DNA of 64,000 nucleotides from an uncultured Chloroflexia bacterium (lineage in GTDB: Bacteria > Chloroflexota > Dehalococcoidia > UBA2979): the NCBI GenBank assembly GCA_963728205.1, contig CAVSIV010000001.1, positions 32,001-96,000 of the forward strand, written 5' to 3'. Under the pieces are notes generated by a model. That model was not told the origin of the DNA and ran no database searches. It was given only the letters and a program-made list of their open reading frames with translations. Both the position numbers and the translations under genes were made by a program. The stretch's first letter is position 1. Each line of letters opens with the position of its first letter. Below, in pieces: positions 19,985 through 28,236 of this stretch.

Positions 19985-21112
19985 GTGGAGCAGGCTGACG
20001 GGCAGGTGCTGATCGCGGGGGCGTCCGGGCTCGTCGGGCACGCGGCGGCGGCGCACTTCGCGTCGCTGCCGGGCTGGGACGTGATCGGCGTCTCGCGACG
20101 GATGCCGGACGACCTCGACGGCGTGCGGCTGGAGTCGGTGGACCTGCTCGATCGCGACGCGTGCGAGCGCGCGTTCGGCGCGATGCCGGGCGTCACGCAT
20201 CTCGTCTACGCGGCGCTGCAGGAGACGCCCGGGCTCTACCCGGGGTGGACCGACCCCGAGCTGATCGAGCGCAACGGCGCGATGCTCCGGAACCTCTTCG
20301 ACCCGCTGTCGCGCGTCGCCACCGGGTTGCGGCACGTCTCGCTGCTCCACGGGACGAAGGCGTACGGCCTGCACCATCCGGACGTCGGGTTCGACGGCGT
20401 CCACGTCCCGCTGCGCGAGCGCGCCCCGCGGCGCGACCATCCGAACTTCTACTTCGTGCAGGAGGACTACCTGCACGAGCGTCGAACTGAGACCGGCGCG
20501 GACTGGGGCATCACCGTCTTCCGCCCCACCGTGATCTATGGCGACGCGCCCGGCAACAACATGAACCCCGTGCTCGCGATCGGCGTCTACGCGGCGCTGC
20601 TGCGTGAGGAGGGGCGGCCGCTCGACTTCCCGGGGGCCGGCGACCAGCCGGCGCTGCACGAGGCGGTCGACGCGGACCTCGTCGCGCGCGCGCTGGCCTG
20701 GGCGGCGACCGCGCCGGCCGCCGCCGGCGGCACCTTCAATCTCACGAACGGCGACGTCTTCCTGTGGGAGCACGTGTGGCCGGCGATCGCGGAGACGCTC
20801 GGCATGGCGTCGGGCGAGCAGCGGCCGCTGTCGCTCGCCGAGGAGCTGCCGCGGCGCGACGCCGAGTGGGCGGCGATCGTCGAGCGGTACGGCCTGCACG
20901 CACCGAAGCGCGTGCTCGACTTCGTCGGGTACAACTCGCTCGTGTACGCGGACGGGATCCTCGGCGCAACGCGCCGCCGGCCGATCCCCGCGCTGAACAG
21001 CACGATCGCTGCGCGCCGCGCCGGCTTCCACGACTGCATGGATACCGAGGACATGTTCCGCGGGCTCTTCACGCGCCTGCAGGACGCGAAACGGCTCCCA
21101 CCACCGGGGTAG
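19985..21112 (+). CDS. Atypical SDR, PRISE / progesterone 5-beta-reductase-like
   Basis: IAGASGLVG, THLVYAA, NGAMLRN, GTKAYG, PNFYFVQED, FNLTNGD and GFHDCMDT. Confidence 0.82.
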   Translation: MEQADGQVLIAGASGLVGHAAAAHFASLPGWDVIGVSRRMPDDLDGVRLESVDLLDRDACERAFGAMPGVTHLVYAALQETPGLYPGWTDPELIERNGAMLRNLFDPLSRVATGLRHVSLLHGTKAYGLHHPDVGFDGVHVPLRERAPRRDHPNFYFVQEDYLHERRTETGADWGITVFRPTVIYGDAPGNNMNPVLAIGVYAALLREEGRPLDFPGAGDQPALHEAVDADLVARALAWAATAPAAAGGTFNLTNGDVFLWEHVWPAIAETLGMASGEQRPLSLAEELPRRDAEWAAIVERYGLHAPKRVLDFVGYNSLVYADGILGATRRRPIPALNSTIAARRAGFHDCMDTEDMFRGLFTRLQDAKRLPPPG

Positions 21113-21175
21113 CGATCGGTCGTCCGAGCGCACCCCCGCCGTGACATGAGACCCCCCGGAAAGAGAAGAGTCGGA

Positions 21176-22615
21176 ATGCCGCTGAGGACGCCCGAGCAGT
21201 ACACGCAGTCTCTCCGCGACGGCCGCGAGGTCTGGTTCCGCGGCGAGCGGGTCGACGACGTGACCACGCACCCGGTGATCGGGAAGGCGGTGCACCACGC
21301 GGCCATCGACTTCGAGATGGCGGAGGATCCGGAGTACCGCGATCTCGCGGTCGTGGAGGAGGACGGCAACCGGTACAGCCGCTACTACCGCATTCCTCGG
21401 AACACGGAGGACCTCCTCCTGCGGTCGCGGCTGATCGAGACCGCGACCGCGCTCGGCGACACGCTCGTCGTGCTCGTAAAGGAGATCGGCACCGACGCCC
21501 TCTTCGCGCTGCTCGCCGTCACGGCGGAGCTCGACGGGCCGTACCACGAGCGCGTGCTGCGCTTCTACGAGCACTGCCGCGACAACGACTTCGCGCTCTC
21601 GGTCGCGCAGACCGACGTGAAGGGCGATCGCACGAAGCGACCGTCGCAGCAGGCGGACCCCGACCTCTACCTGCGCGTCGTGGAGCGGCGGGCGGACGGC
21701 GTGGTCGTGCGCGGCGCGAAGGTGCACACCTCCTGCACGACGAACGTGAACGAGATCATCGTGCTGCCGACCCGCGCGATGGGTCCCGACGAGCAGGACT
21801 GGAGCATCGCGTTCGCCGTGCCCGTGAACACGCCGGGCGTGCGGCTGATCGCGAGCCCATATGGCGACCGCGACACGCGCAGCGGCGAGCACCCGATCAC
21901 GCACCACCACAAGATGATGGAGACCACCACCATCTTCGATGACGTCTTCGTGCCGAACGATCGCATCTTCGTGGACGGCGACACGCGCGCCGCCGGGGCG
22001 CTCGCGCTGACGTTCGTGGAATACCACCGCTTCACGGCGGTGTCGTACAAGCTGCCGCTGATCGACGCGATCAACGGCGCCTCCGCGCTGGCGGCCGACT
22101 ACAACGGGATCCTCGGCGCCGGGCACGTGCGCGACAAGTTCGTCCACCTGATCAGCTACGCGGAGACCGTGCGCGCGCTGATCGAGAAGGCGGCGGAGCG
22201 CTGCGTGCCGAAGCCGAACGGGCAGGTGGCGCCGGATCCGCTCACCGTGAACATCGCGAAGAGCACGTTCGCGCACGGCTACCACACGGCGGTGCAGCAC
22301 CTGCAGGAGCTGGCCGGCGGCGGGCTCGTCACCGCGCCGGGCGACGAGGACTGGGAGAGCGAGGAGCTGCGACCGTTCCTCGCGAAGTACCTGGTGGGGC
22401 GCGACGGCGTAAGCGCCGACCGGCGGCGGCGGCTGATGAGCTTCATCTCCGACCTGACCGCGGGTGAGTACGGTCCCTACCAGGAAGTGCTCGCGATCCA
22501 CGCCGAGGGATCGTTCGAGGCCGAGAAGCTCCAGATCTTCCGCGCGTACAACGAGGGTGGGCGCGCAGCGGCGGTCACCGGGCTGGCGTCGCGCATGGCT
22601 CGAATCACGACATGA
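21176..22615 (+). CDS. HpaB / 4-hydroxybutyryl-CoA dehydratase family flavoprotein
   Basis: EQYTQSLRDGREVWFRGERVDDV, AQTDVKGDR, VVRGAKVHTS, IFDDVFVP, LQELAGG and IHAEGS. Lacks the CFQRC Fe-S motif. Confidence 0.85.
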   Translation: MPLRTPEQYTQSLRDGREVWFRGERVDDVTTHPVIGKAVHHAAIDFEMAEDPEYRDLAVVEEDGNRYSRYYRIPRNTEDLLLRSRLIETATALGDTLVVLVKEIGTDALFALLAVTAELDGPYHERVLRFYEHCRDNDFALSVAQTDVKGDRTKRPSQQADPDLYLRVVERRADGVVVRGAKVHTSCTTNVNEIIVLPTRAMGPDEQDWSIAFAVPVNTPGVRLIASPYGDRDTRSGEHPITHHHKMMETTTIFDDVFVPNDRIFVDGDTRAAGALALTFVEYHRFTAVSYKLPLIDAINGASALAADYNGILGAGHVRDKFVHLISYAETVRALIEKAAERCVPKPNGQVAPDPLTVNIAKSTFAHGYHTAVQHLQELAGGGLVTAPGDEDWESEELRPFLAKYLVGRDGVSADRRRRLMSFISDLTAGEYGPYQEVLAIHAEGSFEAEKLQIFRAYNEGGRAAAVTGLASRMARITT

Positions 22616-22676
22616 GACGTCTGCGGGTCGCCGGGCAGCCCGCGGGCGTGCAGCGACGGCGAAAGGATGGATCGCG

Positions 22677-23855
22677 ATGACCGAAGAGGTGGTGCTCGTC
22701 AGCGGCGTGCGCACGGCGATCGGGCGCTTCGGCGGAGGCTTCGCCGACACCCCGGCGTCGGACATGGCCGCCCACGTGATCCGTGAGGCCGTGCGGCGAG
22801 CGGGCGTCGCGCCCGACGCCGTGGAGCAGGTCGTGCTCGGGTGCGTCGGGCAGGTGGCCGAGGACGCATACGTGGCGCGCCACGCCGCGATCAAGGCAGG
22901 GCTGCCGATCGAGACGTCGGCGTACACGGTGAACCGGCTCTGCGGCAGCGGACTCGAGGCGATCACCACCGGCGCGCGCTGGATCCAGACCGGCGAGGCG
23001 GACGTCGTGGTGGCCGGCGGCGCGGAGAACATGACGCGCCTGCCGTACTACGACCGCAGCACGCGCTTCGGTCGCCGCATGGGCGACGCCACCCTCGAGG
23101 ACGGCATCACGCTGCTCCTCTCCGATCCGTTCGAGCGCTACCACATGGGCGTCACCGCCGAGAACCTCGCGGGCAAATTCGGCATCAGCCGCGAGGACCA
23201 GGACGCGTTCGCGGTCGAGAGCCACCGGCGCGCGACGTCCGCGATCGAGTCGGGGCGCTTCCGCGATGAGATCGCCCCGATGGAGGTGCGGAAGGGCCGC
23301 GAGACGGTCGTCGTGGACACCGACGAGCACCCGCGCGCCGACGCGGACCTGGGCTCGATGGCGAAGCTGCGCCCGGCGTTCCAGTCCGACGGCTCGGTGA
23401 CCGCCGGGAATGCGTCGGGCATCAACGACGGGGCGGCCGCGCTCGTGTTGATGTCGCGGCGCAAGGCCGACGAGCTCGGCGTGAAGCCGCGCCTGCGCCT
23501 CGTGGCGTCGGCGACGGCCGGCGTCGACCCGTCGATCATGGGGAGCGGCCCGATCCCGGCGACGCGCAAGCTGCTGAAGGGCTGCGGAATGCAGCTCGAC
23601 CAGTTCGACCGCGTGGAGCTGAACGAGGCGTTCGCCGCGGTGGCGCTCGCCTGCTCGCGCGAGCTGCAGCTCGACCCGGAGCGCACGAACCCGAACGGCG
23701 GCGCGGTCGCGCTCGGCCACCCGGTCGGCGCTACCGGCGCGATCCTGACGGTGAAGCTGATGCACGACCTCGAGCGCACGGACGGCGAGCGCGGGCTCGT
23801 CTCGCTGTGCATCGGCGGCGGGCAGGGGATCTCGGCGATCTTCGAGCGCGTGTAG
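22677..23855 (+). CDS. Acetyl-CoA C-acyltransferase (thiolase)
   Basis: RTAIG, NRLCGSG, GGAENM, TAGNASGINDGAAA, ELNEAFA, GHPVGATG and LCIGGGQG. Confidence 0.96.
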   Translation: MTEEVVLVSGVRTAIGRFGGGFADTPASDMAAHVIREAVRRAGVAPDAVEQVVLGCVGQVAEDAYVARHAAIKAGLPIETSAYTVNRLCGSGLEAITTGARWIQTGEADVVVAGGAENMTRLPYYDRSTRFGRRMGDATLEDGITLLLSDPFERYHMGVTAENLAGKFGISREDQDAFAVESHRRATSAIESGRFRDEIAPMEVRKGRETVVVDTDEHPRADADLGSMAKLRPAFQSDGSVTAGNASGINDGAAALVLMSRRKADELGVKPRLRLVASATAGVDPSIMGSGPIPATRKLLKGCGMQLDQFDRVELNEAFAAVALACSRELQLDPERTNPNGGAVALGHPVGATGAILTVKLMHDLERTDGERGLVSLCIGGGQGISAIFERV

Positions 23856-23885
23856 TCGGGCGGCCGGCGCGCCCCCCCGGCCCCG

Positions 23886-23940
23886 CGTCAAGCGGCGGCA
23901 GGATGCCGCCGATGCTCGCGGCGGCGCAAGCCGCCCGCGC
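23886..23940. repeat. REP-like palindrome, single copy of the GCGGCGGCA-x-TGCCGCCGA family
   Basis: CGTCAAGCGGCGGCAGGATGCCGCCGATG between convergent genes. Matches the arm at 41326. Confidence 0.7.
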
Positions 23941-23948
23941 CCCGGCGC

Positions 23949-24773
23949 CTAGGCCGGCGGCGTGCCCGTCGCCGCCGGCGTCGGTAGCCCCGGCTCCGTC
24001 GCGTGCACGCGCTCGAGGTACTCAATCAGCGTGAGGCCGCTGCGGTGCCACGCCGCCGCGTGCGCGCGGCCGATGTACCGAATGTGCCACGGCTCGTACT
24101 CGTAGCCGGTCACCGCCTCCTGCCCCCGCGGATAGGAGAGCGCGAACCCGTACTCCCACTCGTGTGCCGCGAGCCACAGGCCCTCGGGCGCGTCGCCGAA
24201 CGACGCGTCGAGATCCCACGCCACCGACGCGCTCGTGAGGTCGGCCGTGGTGCCGAGCTGGTGCTCGCTGTGGCCGGCGCGCGCGCTCTCGCGCTCCGCC
24301 TGCGCCAGCCCGTGCTCCTGCACCCAGTACTCGAACGTCTGCTGCTGCGTGGCGTACGAGCGATACGACGACCGCACCCGCAGCTCGAGCCCGTCGGCCC
24401 GCGCGGCGGCGAGCAGCGCCTCGAGGGCGTCGGCCGCCGGCGCGACGAGCTGTTGCGCGCCGTAGCCGGGCGCGACCCAGCGCGCCGGCAGCGCGACGAG
24501 ATCCGCGGGCACGAAGTCGCCCGCGAGCGCGTACTGCTTGCTGACGAGCGGGAGGAGCCACGCGTCCGGGTCGGGCGTGGGGCTCAGCGGCGAGGTGGCG
24601 GTCGCGGTCGTCGCGGTCGTCGCGGTCGCGGCGGGCGACGTGGCCGGCGGGCGCGCGGTCGCGGACGGCCGGGGTGCCGTCGTGCCCGCCGGGCTGCGCA
24701 CGCCGCACGCCGCGAGCACGAGCGCGGCGGCGATGAGGCACGCGAGCGGAGCGGAGCGGCGCGGTCCTGGCAT
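23949..24773 (-). CDS. D-alanyl-D-alanine carboxypeptidase (M15B/VanY-like) lipoprotein
   Basis: LAAC lipobox, SSYRSY, SARAGHSEHQLG and YEPWHIRY. Confidence 0.9.
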   Translation of the reverse strand: MPGPRRSAPLACLIAAALVLAACGVRSPAGTTAPRPSATARPPATSPAATATTATTATATSPLSPTPDPDAWLLPLVSKQYALAGDFVPADLVALPARWVAPGYGAQQLVAPAADALEALLAAARADGLELRVRSSYRSYATQQQTFEYWVQEHGLAQAERESARAGHSEHQLGTTADLTSASVAWDLDASFGDAPEGLWLAAHEWEYGFALSYPRGQEAVTGYEYEPWHIRYIGRAHAAAWHRSGLTLIEYLERVHATEPGLPTPAATGTPPA

Positions 24774-24816
24774 GCCGCCAGCGAAGCACACCCGCGCAGT
24801 GGTGTCGCCCCGCGGC

Positions 24817-24984
24817 GTGCTGCGAGCGGCGCCGGGTGACGGCGCTGAGTCGCCGCGAAGCATGCTGCGAGCGGCGCCGGGTCACGGCGCTGAGGCGGAC
24901 CGTCGCTCAGCATCCTCGCCGGATGCCGCTCGAAGCCGGCCGCGGCGGGGCGACTCGGCGTCGTGTCCCGGCGCCGCTCGCAGC
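24817..24984. repeat. 45-bp-unit palindromic repeat cluster A (two direct units, hairpin tail, one inverted unit)
   Basis: GTGCTGCGAGCGGCGCCGGGT(G/C)ACGGCGCTGAG at 24817 and 24862. Inverted copy at 24949-24984. Confidence 0.88.
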
Positions 24985-24991
24985 GGGCTCC

Positions 24992-25489
24992 TTACGCCTC
25001 GCGCCCGTAGCCCATGGCGACGGCGAACTGCCACGCGTCCAGGTCCGGCGTCGTGACGCCCTGCTGCCCGAGTGCGAGCTTGATCTCCGTGCGGTGCTCG
25101 ACGCCGTGCTCCACGGCGTGCACGAGGAAGAACGACCGCGGGAACCGGTACGTCTTGCCCGCGTACGGCAGGTCGACCTCGACGTCGGCATCGAGCGACT
25201 CGGCGATGCGCACGAGGTCGTCGCTCGACGCGCGGGCGGCGTCGGCGAGAGCGTCCCAGCCGGGCCAGGCGCTGGCGCGATTGAGCTCGCCCTCGTTCTG
25301 ACGCCCCTCGGTGCGCAGCACGAACGTCTGCTGTCCGCCGACGACGTGTACGAACAGCTCGCGCAGCGGACCGGACGTGCCGGGAATGCGTGCGTCGAGG
25401 TGCGCGTCGTCGAGCGTGCGACAGGCGTCAATCAGCGTGAGCGTCGCCCACCGGTTGTAGCGGAGCATCTCGGCGAGCGGCGCGTTCAT
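24992..25489 (-). CDS. DinB/YfiT-family protein
   Basis: LRYNRWAT, RELFVHVV and HAVEHGVEHRTEI His pattern. GGAGG RBS. Confidence 0.88.
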   Translation of the reverse strand: MNAPLAEMLRYNRWATLTLIDACRTLDDAHLDARIPGTSGPLRELFVHVVGGQQTFVLRTEGRQNEGELNRASAWPGWDALADAARASSDDLVRIAESLDADVEVDLPYAGKTYRFPRSFFLVHAVEHGVEHRTEIKLALGQQGVTTPDLDAWQFAVAMGYGREA

Positions 25490-25511
25490 GGCAACCTCCG
25501 TGAGGGCGGGT

Positions 25512-25681
25512 GTGCTGCGAGCGGCGCCGGGTCACGGCGCTGAGTCGCCGAGAAGCGTGCTGCGAGCGGCGCCGGGTCACGGCGCTGAGTCGCCGCGAAG
25601 CATGCTGCGAGCGGCGCCGGGTCACGGCGCTGAGGCGGACCGCCGCTCAGCATCCTCACCGGATGCCGCTCGAAGCCGGCC
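25512..25681. repeat. 45-bp-unit repeat cluster B (three units plus the same tail)
   Basis: Units at 25512, 25557 and 25602. 25557-25681 matches 24817-24941 at 122 of 125 positions by eye. Confidence 0.88.
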
Positions 25682-25689
25682 CCGGGGGC

Positions 25690-25843
25690 TGCTCGCCGCG
25701 CTGCCGAGGTGGCGCAGCGAGAACTGCTCGTACGCCTCGCGCTCGAAGGCGGGGATGCCCGTGCGGCCGCCGGGGTTGACGTGCATCGTCTTCTCGCGCG
25801 AGCCGAAGGCGTCGTACAGCGCGACGCCGGCTTCCCGGCCGCA
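25690..25843 (-). pseudogene. C-terminal remnant of an alpha/beta-hydrolase
   Basis: Frame reads EAGVALYDAFGSREKTMHVNPGGRTGIPAFEREAYEQFSLRHLG. In-frame stop directly upstream and no start. Resembles hydrolase C-termini (KTLH.NPGGH) with His replaced by Arg. Confidence 0.55.
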
Positions 25844-25901
25844 TCATAGGCGCGCGGTAGGCCCGAGGCGCCGTGCATCCCACGCACTCCCGCGGATTCC
25901 C

Positions 25902-26095
25902 CGCGGACGCAGTCCGCGGCTGGCGCCGCGCTTCTGTCGGCGGCGTATCTGCCGCCGCTGCGGGTGACGTTCATGCGCGCACGGCGCCCCCGGGGCATGC
26001 TGACTGCCGTGCGGAACGCGAGCAACGTGAGCTGCCCACGAGGTCATCGTCGCACACGGCAGGACCGACGCCTGCCGCTCGCCGGAGTGGGAGGG
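25902..26095. repeat. Partial composite REP/REPIN-like element
   Basis: Core CGCGGACGCAGTCCGCGGCTGGCGCCGCGCTTCT plus one REP arm, then a ~50-bp flank that is the reverse complement of 37659-37709. Confidence 0.8.
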
Positions 26096-26098
26096 TGC

Positions 26099-28204
26099 CT
26101 ACGCCACCGCGCGCAGCGCCGGACCGCCGCCGGCGCGCCGCTCGCGCACCCACGCCGCGAACCCGTCGGCGGGGAGCGGACGGCCGAGGTGGTAGCCCTG
26201 CGCGGTGTCGCAGCCCAGCGAGCGCAGCAGCTCGAGGCTCGCCTCGTCCTCCACGCCCTCGGCGACCACCTCCAGCCCCAGCGCGTGGCCGAGCGTCACG
26301 GCCGTCGCGACGATCGCCGCCGACCGCCGATCCCCGGCGATCGGCTGCACGAACGAGCGGTCGATCTTCAGCGCGTCGACCGGCAGGTCCTTCAGGTAGC
26401 TCAGCGCGGAGTAGCCGGTGCCGAAGTCGTCGATCGCGACGCCGACCCCCATCGCCCGCAGGCGAGAGAGCGCGCCGGTCACGAGCACGCGGTCGAGCAT
26501 GATCCCGCTCTCGGTGATCTCGACGGTGAGGGCGTCGTGGCCGAGCCCGGCGTCGCGCAGCAGCGCGGCGATCAGCTCGGGGAGCGCGGGGTCCTCGAGG
26601 TCGCGCATCGAGAGGTTGACGGCGAGCGTGACCGCGAGCCCCTGCACGCGCCACGCGCTGCACTGCTCGATCGCGAGCGCGAGCACGCGCCGCGTGAGCG
26701 GGCGGATCAGCCCGGTCTGCTCGGCCAGCGGGATGAAGTCGTCGGGCGGGACGAGGCCGCGCAGCGGGTGCATCCAGCGCACCAGCGCCTCGGCGCCGAC
26801 GACCCGCCCGCTGCCGCAGTCGACCTTCGGCTGATAGTGGAGGACGAGCGCGCCGTTCGCCGTCGCGGCTGCGGCGTCGGCCGGCTCGATGGCCTGGCGC
26901 AGCTCGCCGATCAGCGCGAGCCGCTCGGGGCTGTGCCGTGCCTCGTGCTCCGGCGCGTAGACGGCGTACGCCTGGCCGGGCCGCTTCGCCACGTACATCG
27001 CGATCTCGGCGCGCCGGAGCAGCGCGCTCGCGTCGCCGCCGTGCTCGGGCGCGACCGTCACACCGATGCTCGCCGACACCTCGAGCGAGTAGCCCTCGGC
27101 GACGAACGGGTGCTCGATCGCGAGCGACAGCCGTCGCGCGACGGCCTCCGCCTCTTCGACGTCCATGTCCGGCAGCAGCACCGCGAACTCGTCGCCGCCG
27201 AGACGCGCGACGACGTCCTCGGGCCGCAGCGCCATGCGCAGGCGGGGGCCAATCTCGAGCAGCAGGCGGTCGCCCGAGGCGTGCCCGAAGGTGTCGTTGA
27301 TTTCCTTGAAGCGGTCGACGTCGAGCAGCAGCAGCGCGATCCGCGCGCCGTCGCCGGCCAGCGCCGCATCGAGTCGCTCCTGCAGCAGCCGGCGGTTCGG
27401 CAGGCCGGTCAGCGAGTCGTAGAGCGCGAGGTGCTCGAGCCGGTCGGCCTGGTCCTCGAGCGTGCGGATCGTCTCCTCCGAGCGGCTCGCGTAGAAGGCG
27501 AGCGTGAAGCGCATGACGAAGACGGGCAGGACGAACATCGCCGTTCCCAGCACGCCGAGCCCGCCGTGGGTCGCGCCGAGGAACGCGCCGGTGAGGCCGA
27601 CCAGCACGCTCGTCGGCCAGTACCAGCCCGTGTCGCGGGCGACGGCGAAGAGCGAGCGCTCGGAGTGCGCGCTGATGATGGCGGAGACGAGGCCGACGTT
27701 GACGACGGAGTACGCGCCGACGGCACACGTCGCGGCGACCAGCCGCGCCGCCATGCCGTCGGCGCCGGCGGCGAGCAGTGCGACGTAGACCGCGGTCGCC
27801 ACCCCGGCCGAGAGCACGGAGACCGCGAGGTTGAACAGCACCTTGTCCGGGCGCCGCGTGCCGGCCATCGCGACGTGGACCGCCGCGGAGGCGAGCGCGA
27901 CCAGCGGCGCGGTTGCCGGTGCGGCGGTGACCGCGGCTGCGGTCGCGGCGACGGCGAGGGAGAACGAGAACGTCTCGGCGCGCGCGCGGTAGATGCGCAC
28001 GCGGAGCAGCTCGCCCGCGACGCCGAGCGCCGCGATCGGCAGCAGCGTGCCCCACGGCGCGCCCCGCGCGACGGCGAGGAGCGCCCAGGCGAGTGCCGGC
28101 AGCGAGGTGGCGATCGTCCCCCAGAGGACGGCGTCGGCCGTCCGCAGGTGCGGCCGGCCGGTTGCCGTGCGGCGCGTCGTCGTCAGCCCGGCGCCCTCAG
28201 CCAT
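26099..28204 (-). CDS. Membrane sensor diguanylate cyclase/phosphodiesterase (multi-TM + GGDEF + EAL)
   Basis: About 7 N-terminal hydrophobic helices. DSLTGLPNR, RPED I-site, ARLGGDEF, YQPK, EAL, DDFGTGYS, KIDRSF, AEGVE and QGY. Confidence 0.94.
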   Translation of the reverse strand: MAEGAGLTTTRRTATGRPHLRTADAVLWGTIATSLPALAWALLAVARGAPWGTLLPIAALGVAGELLRVRIYRARAETFSFSLAVAATAAAVTAAPATAPLVALASAAVHVAMAGTRRPDKVLFNLAVSVLSAGVATAVYVALLAAGADGMAARLVAATCAVGAYSVVNVGLVSAIISAHSERSLFAVARDTGWYWPTSVLVGLTGAFLGATHGGLGVLGTAMFVLPVFVMRFTLAFYASRSEETIRTLEDQADRLEHLALYDSLTGLPNRRLLQERLDAALAGDGARIALLLLDVDRFKEINDTFGHASGDRLLLEIGPRLRMALRPEDVVARLGGDEFAVLLPDMDVEEAEAVARRLSLAIEHPFVAEGYSLEVSASIGVTVAPEHGGDASALLRRAEIAMYVAKRPGQAYAVYAPEHEARHSPERLALIGELRQAIEPADAAAATANGALVLHYQPKVDCGSGRVVGAEALVRWMHPLRGLVPPDDFIPLAEQTGLIRPLTRRVLALAIEQCSAWRVQGLAVTLAVNLSMRDLEDPALPELIAALLRDAGLGHDALTVEITESGIMLDRVLVTGALSRLRAMGVGVAIDDFGTGYSALSYLKDLPVDALKIDRSFVQPIAGDRRSAAIVATAVTLGHALGLEVVAEGVEDEASLELLRSLGCDTAQGYHLGRPLPADGFAAWVRERRAGGGPALRAVA

Positions 28205-28236
28205 CGCGCTCCGTCCCGTTCAGTCCCGCTCATCCG

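Noticed and set aside
23949-24773. Vancomycin resistance gene
   Set aside because: An isolated M15B carboxypeptidase with no vanHAX or vanRS genes.
24817-25681. 45-bp repeats as a CRISPR array or integron attC sites
   Set aside because: Units are contiguous with no unique spacers. No cas genes, integrase or attC core boxes.
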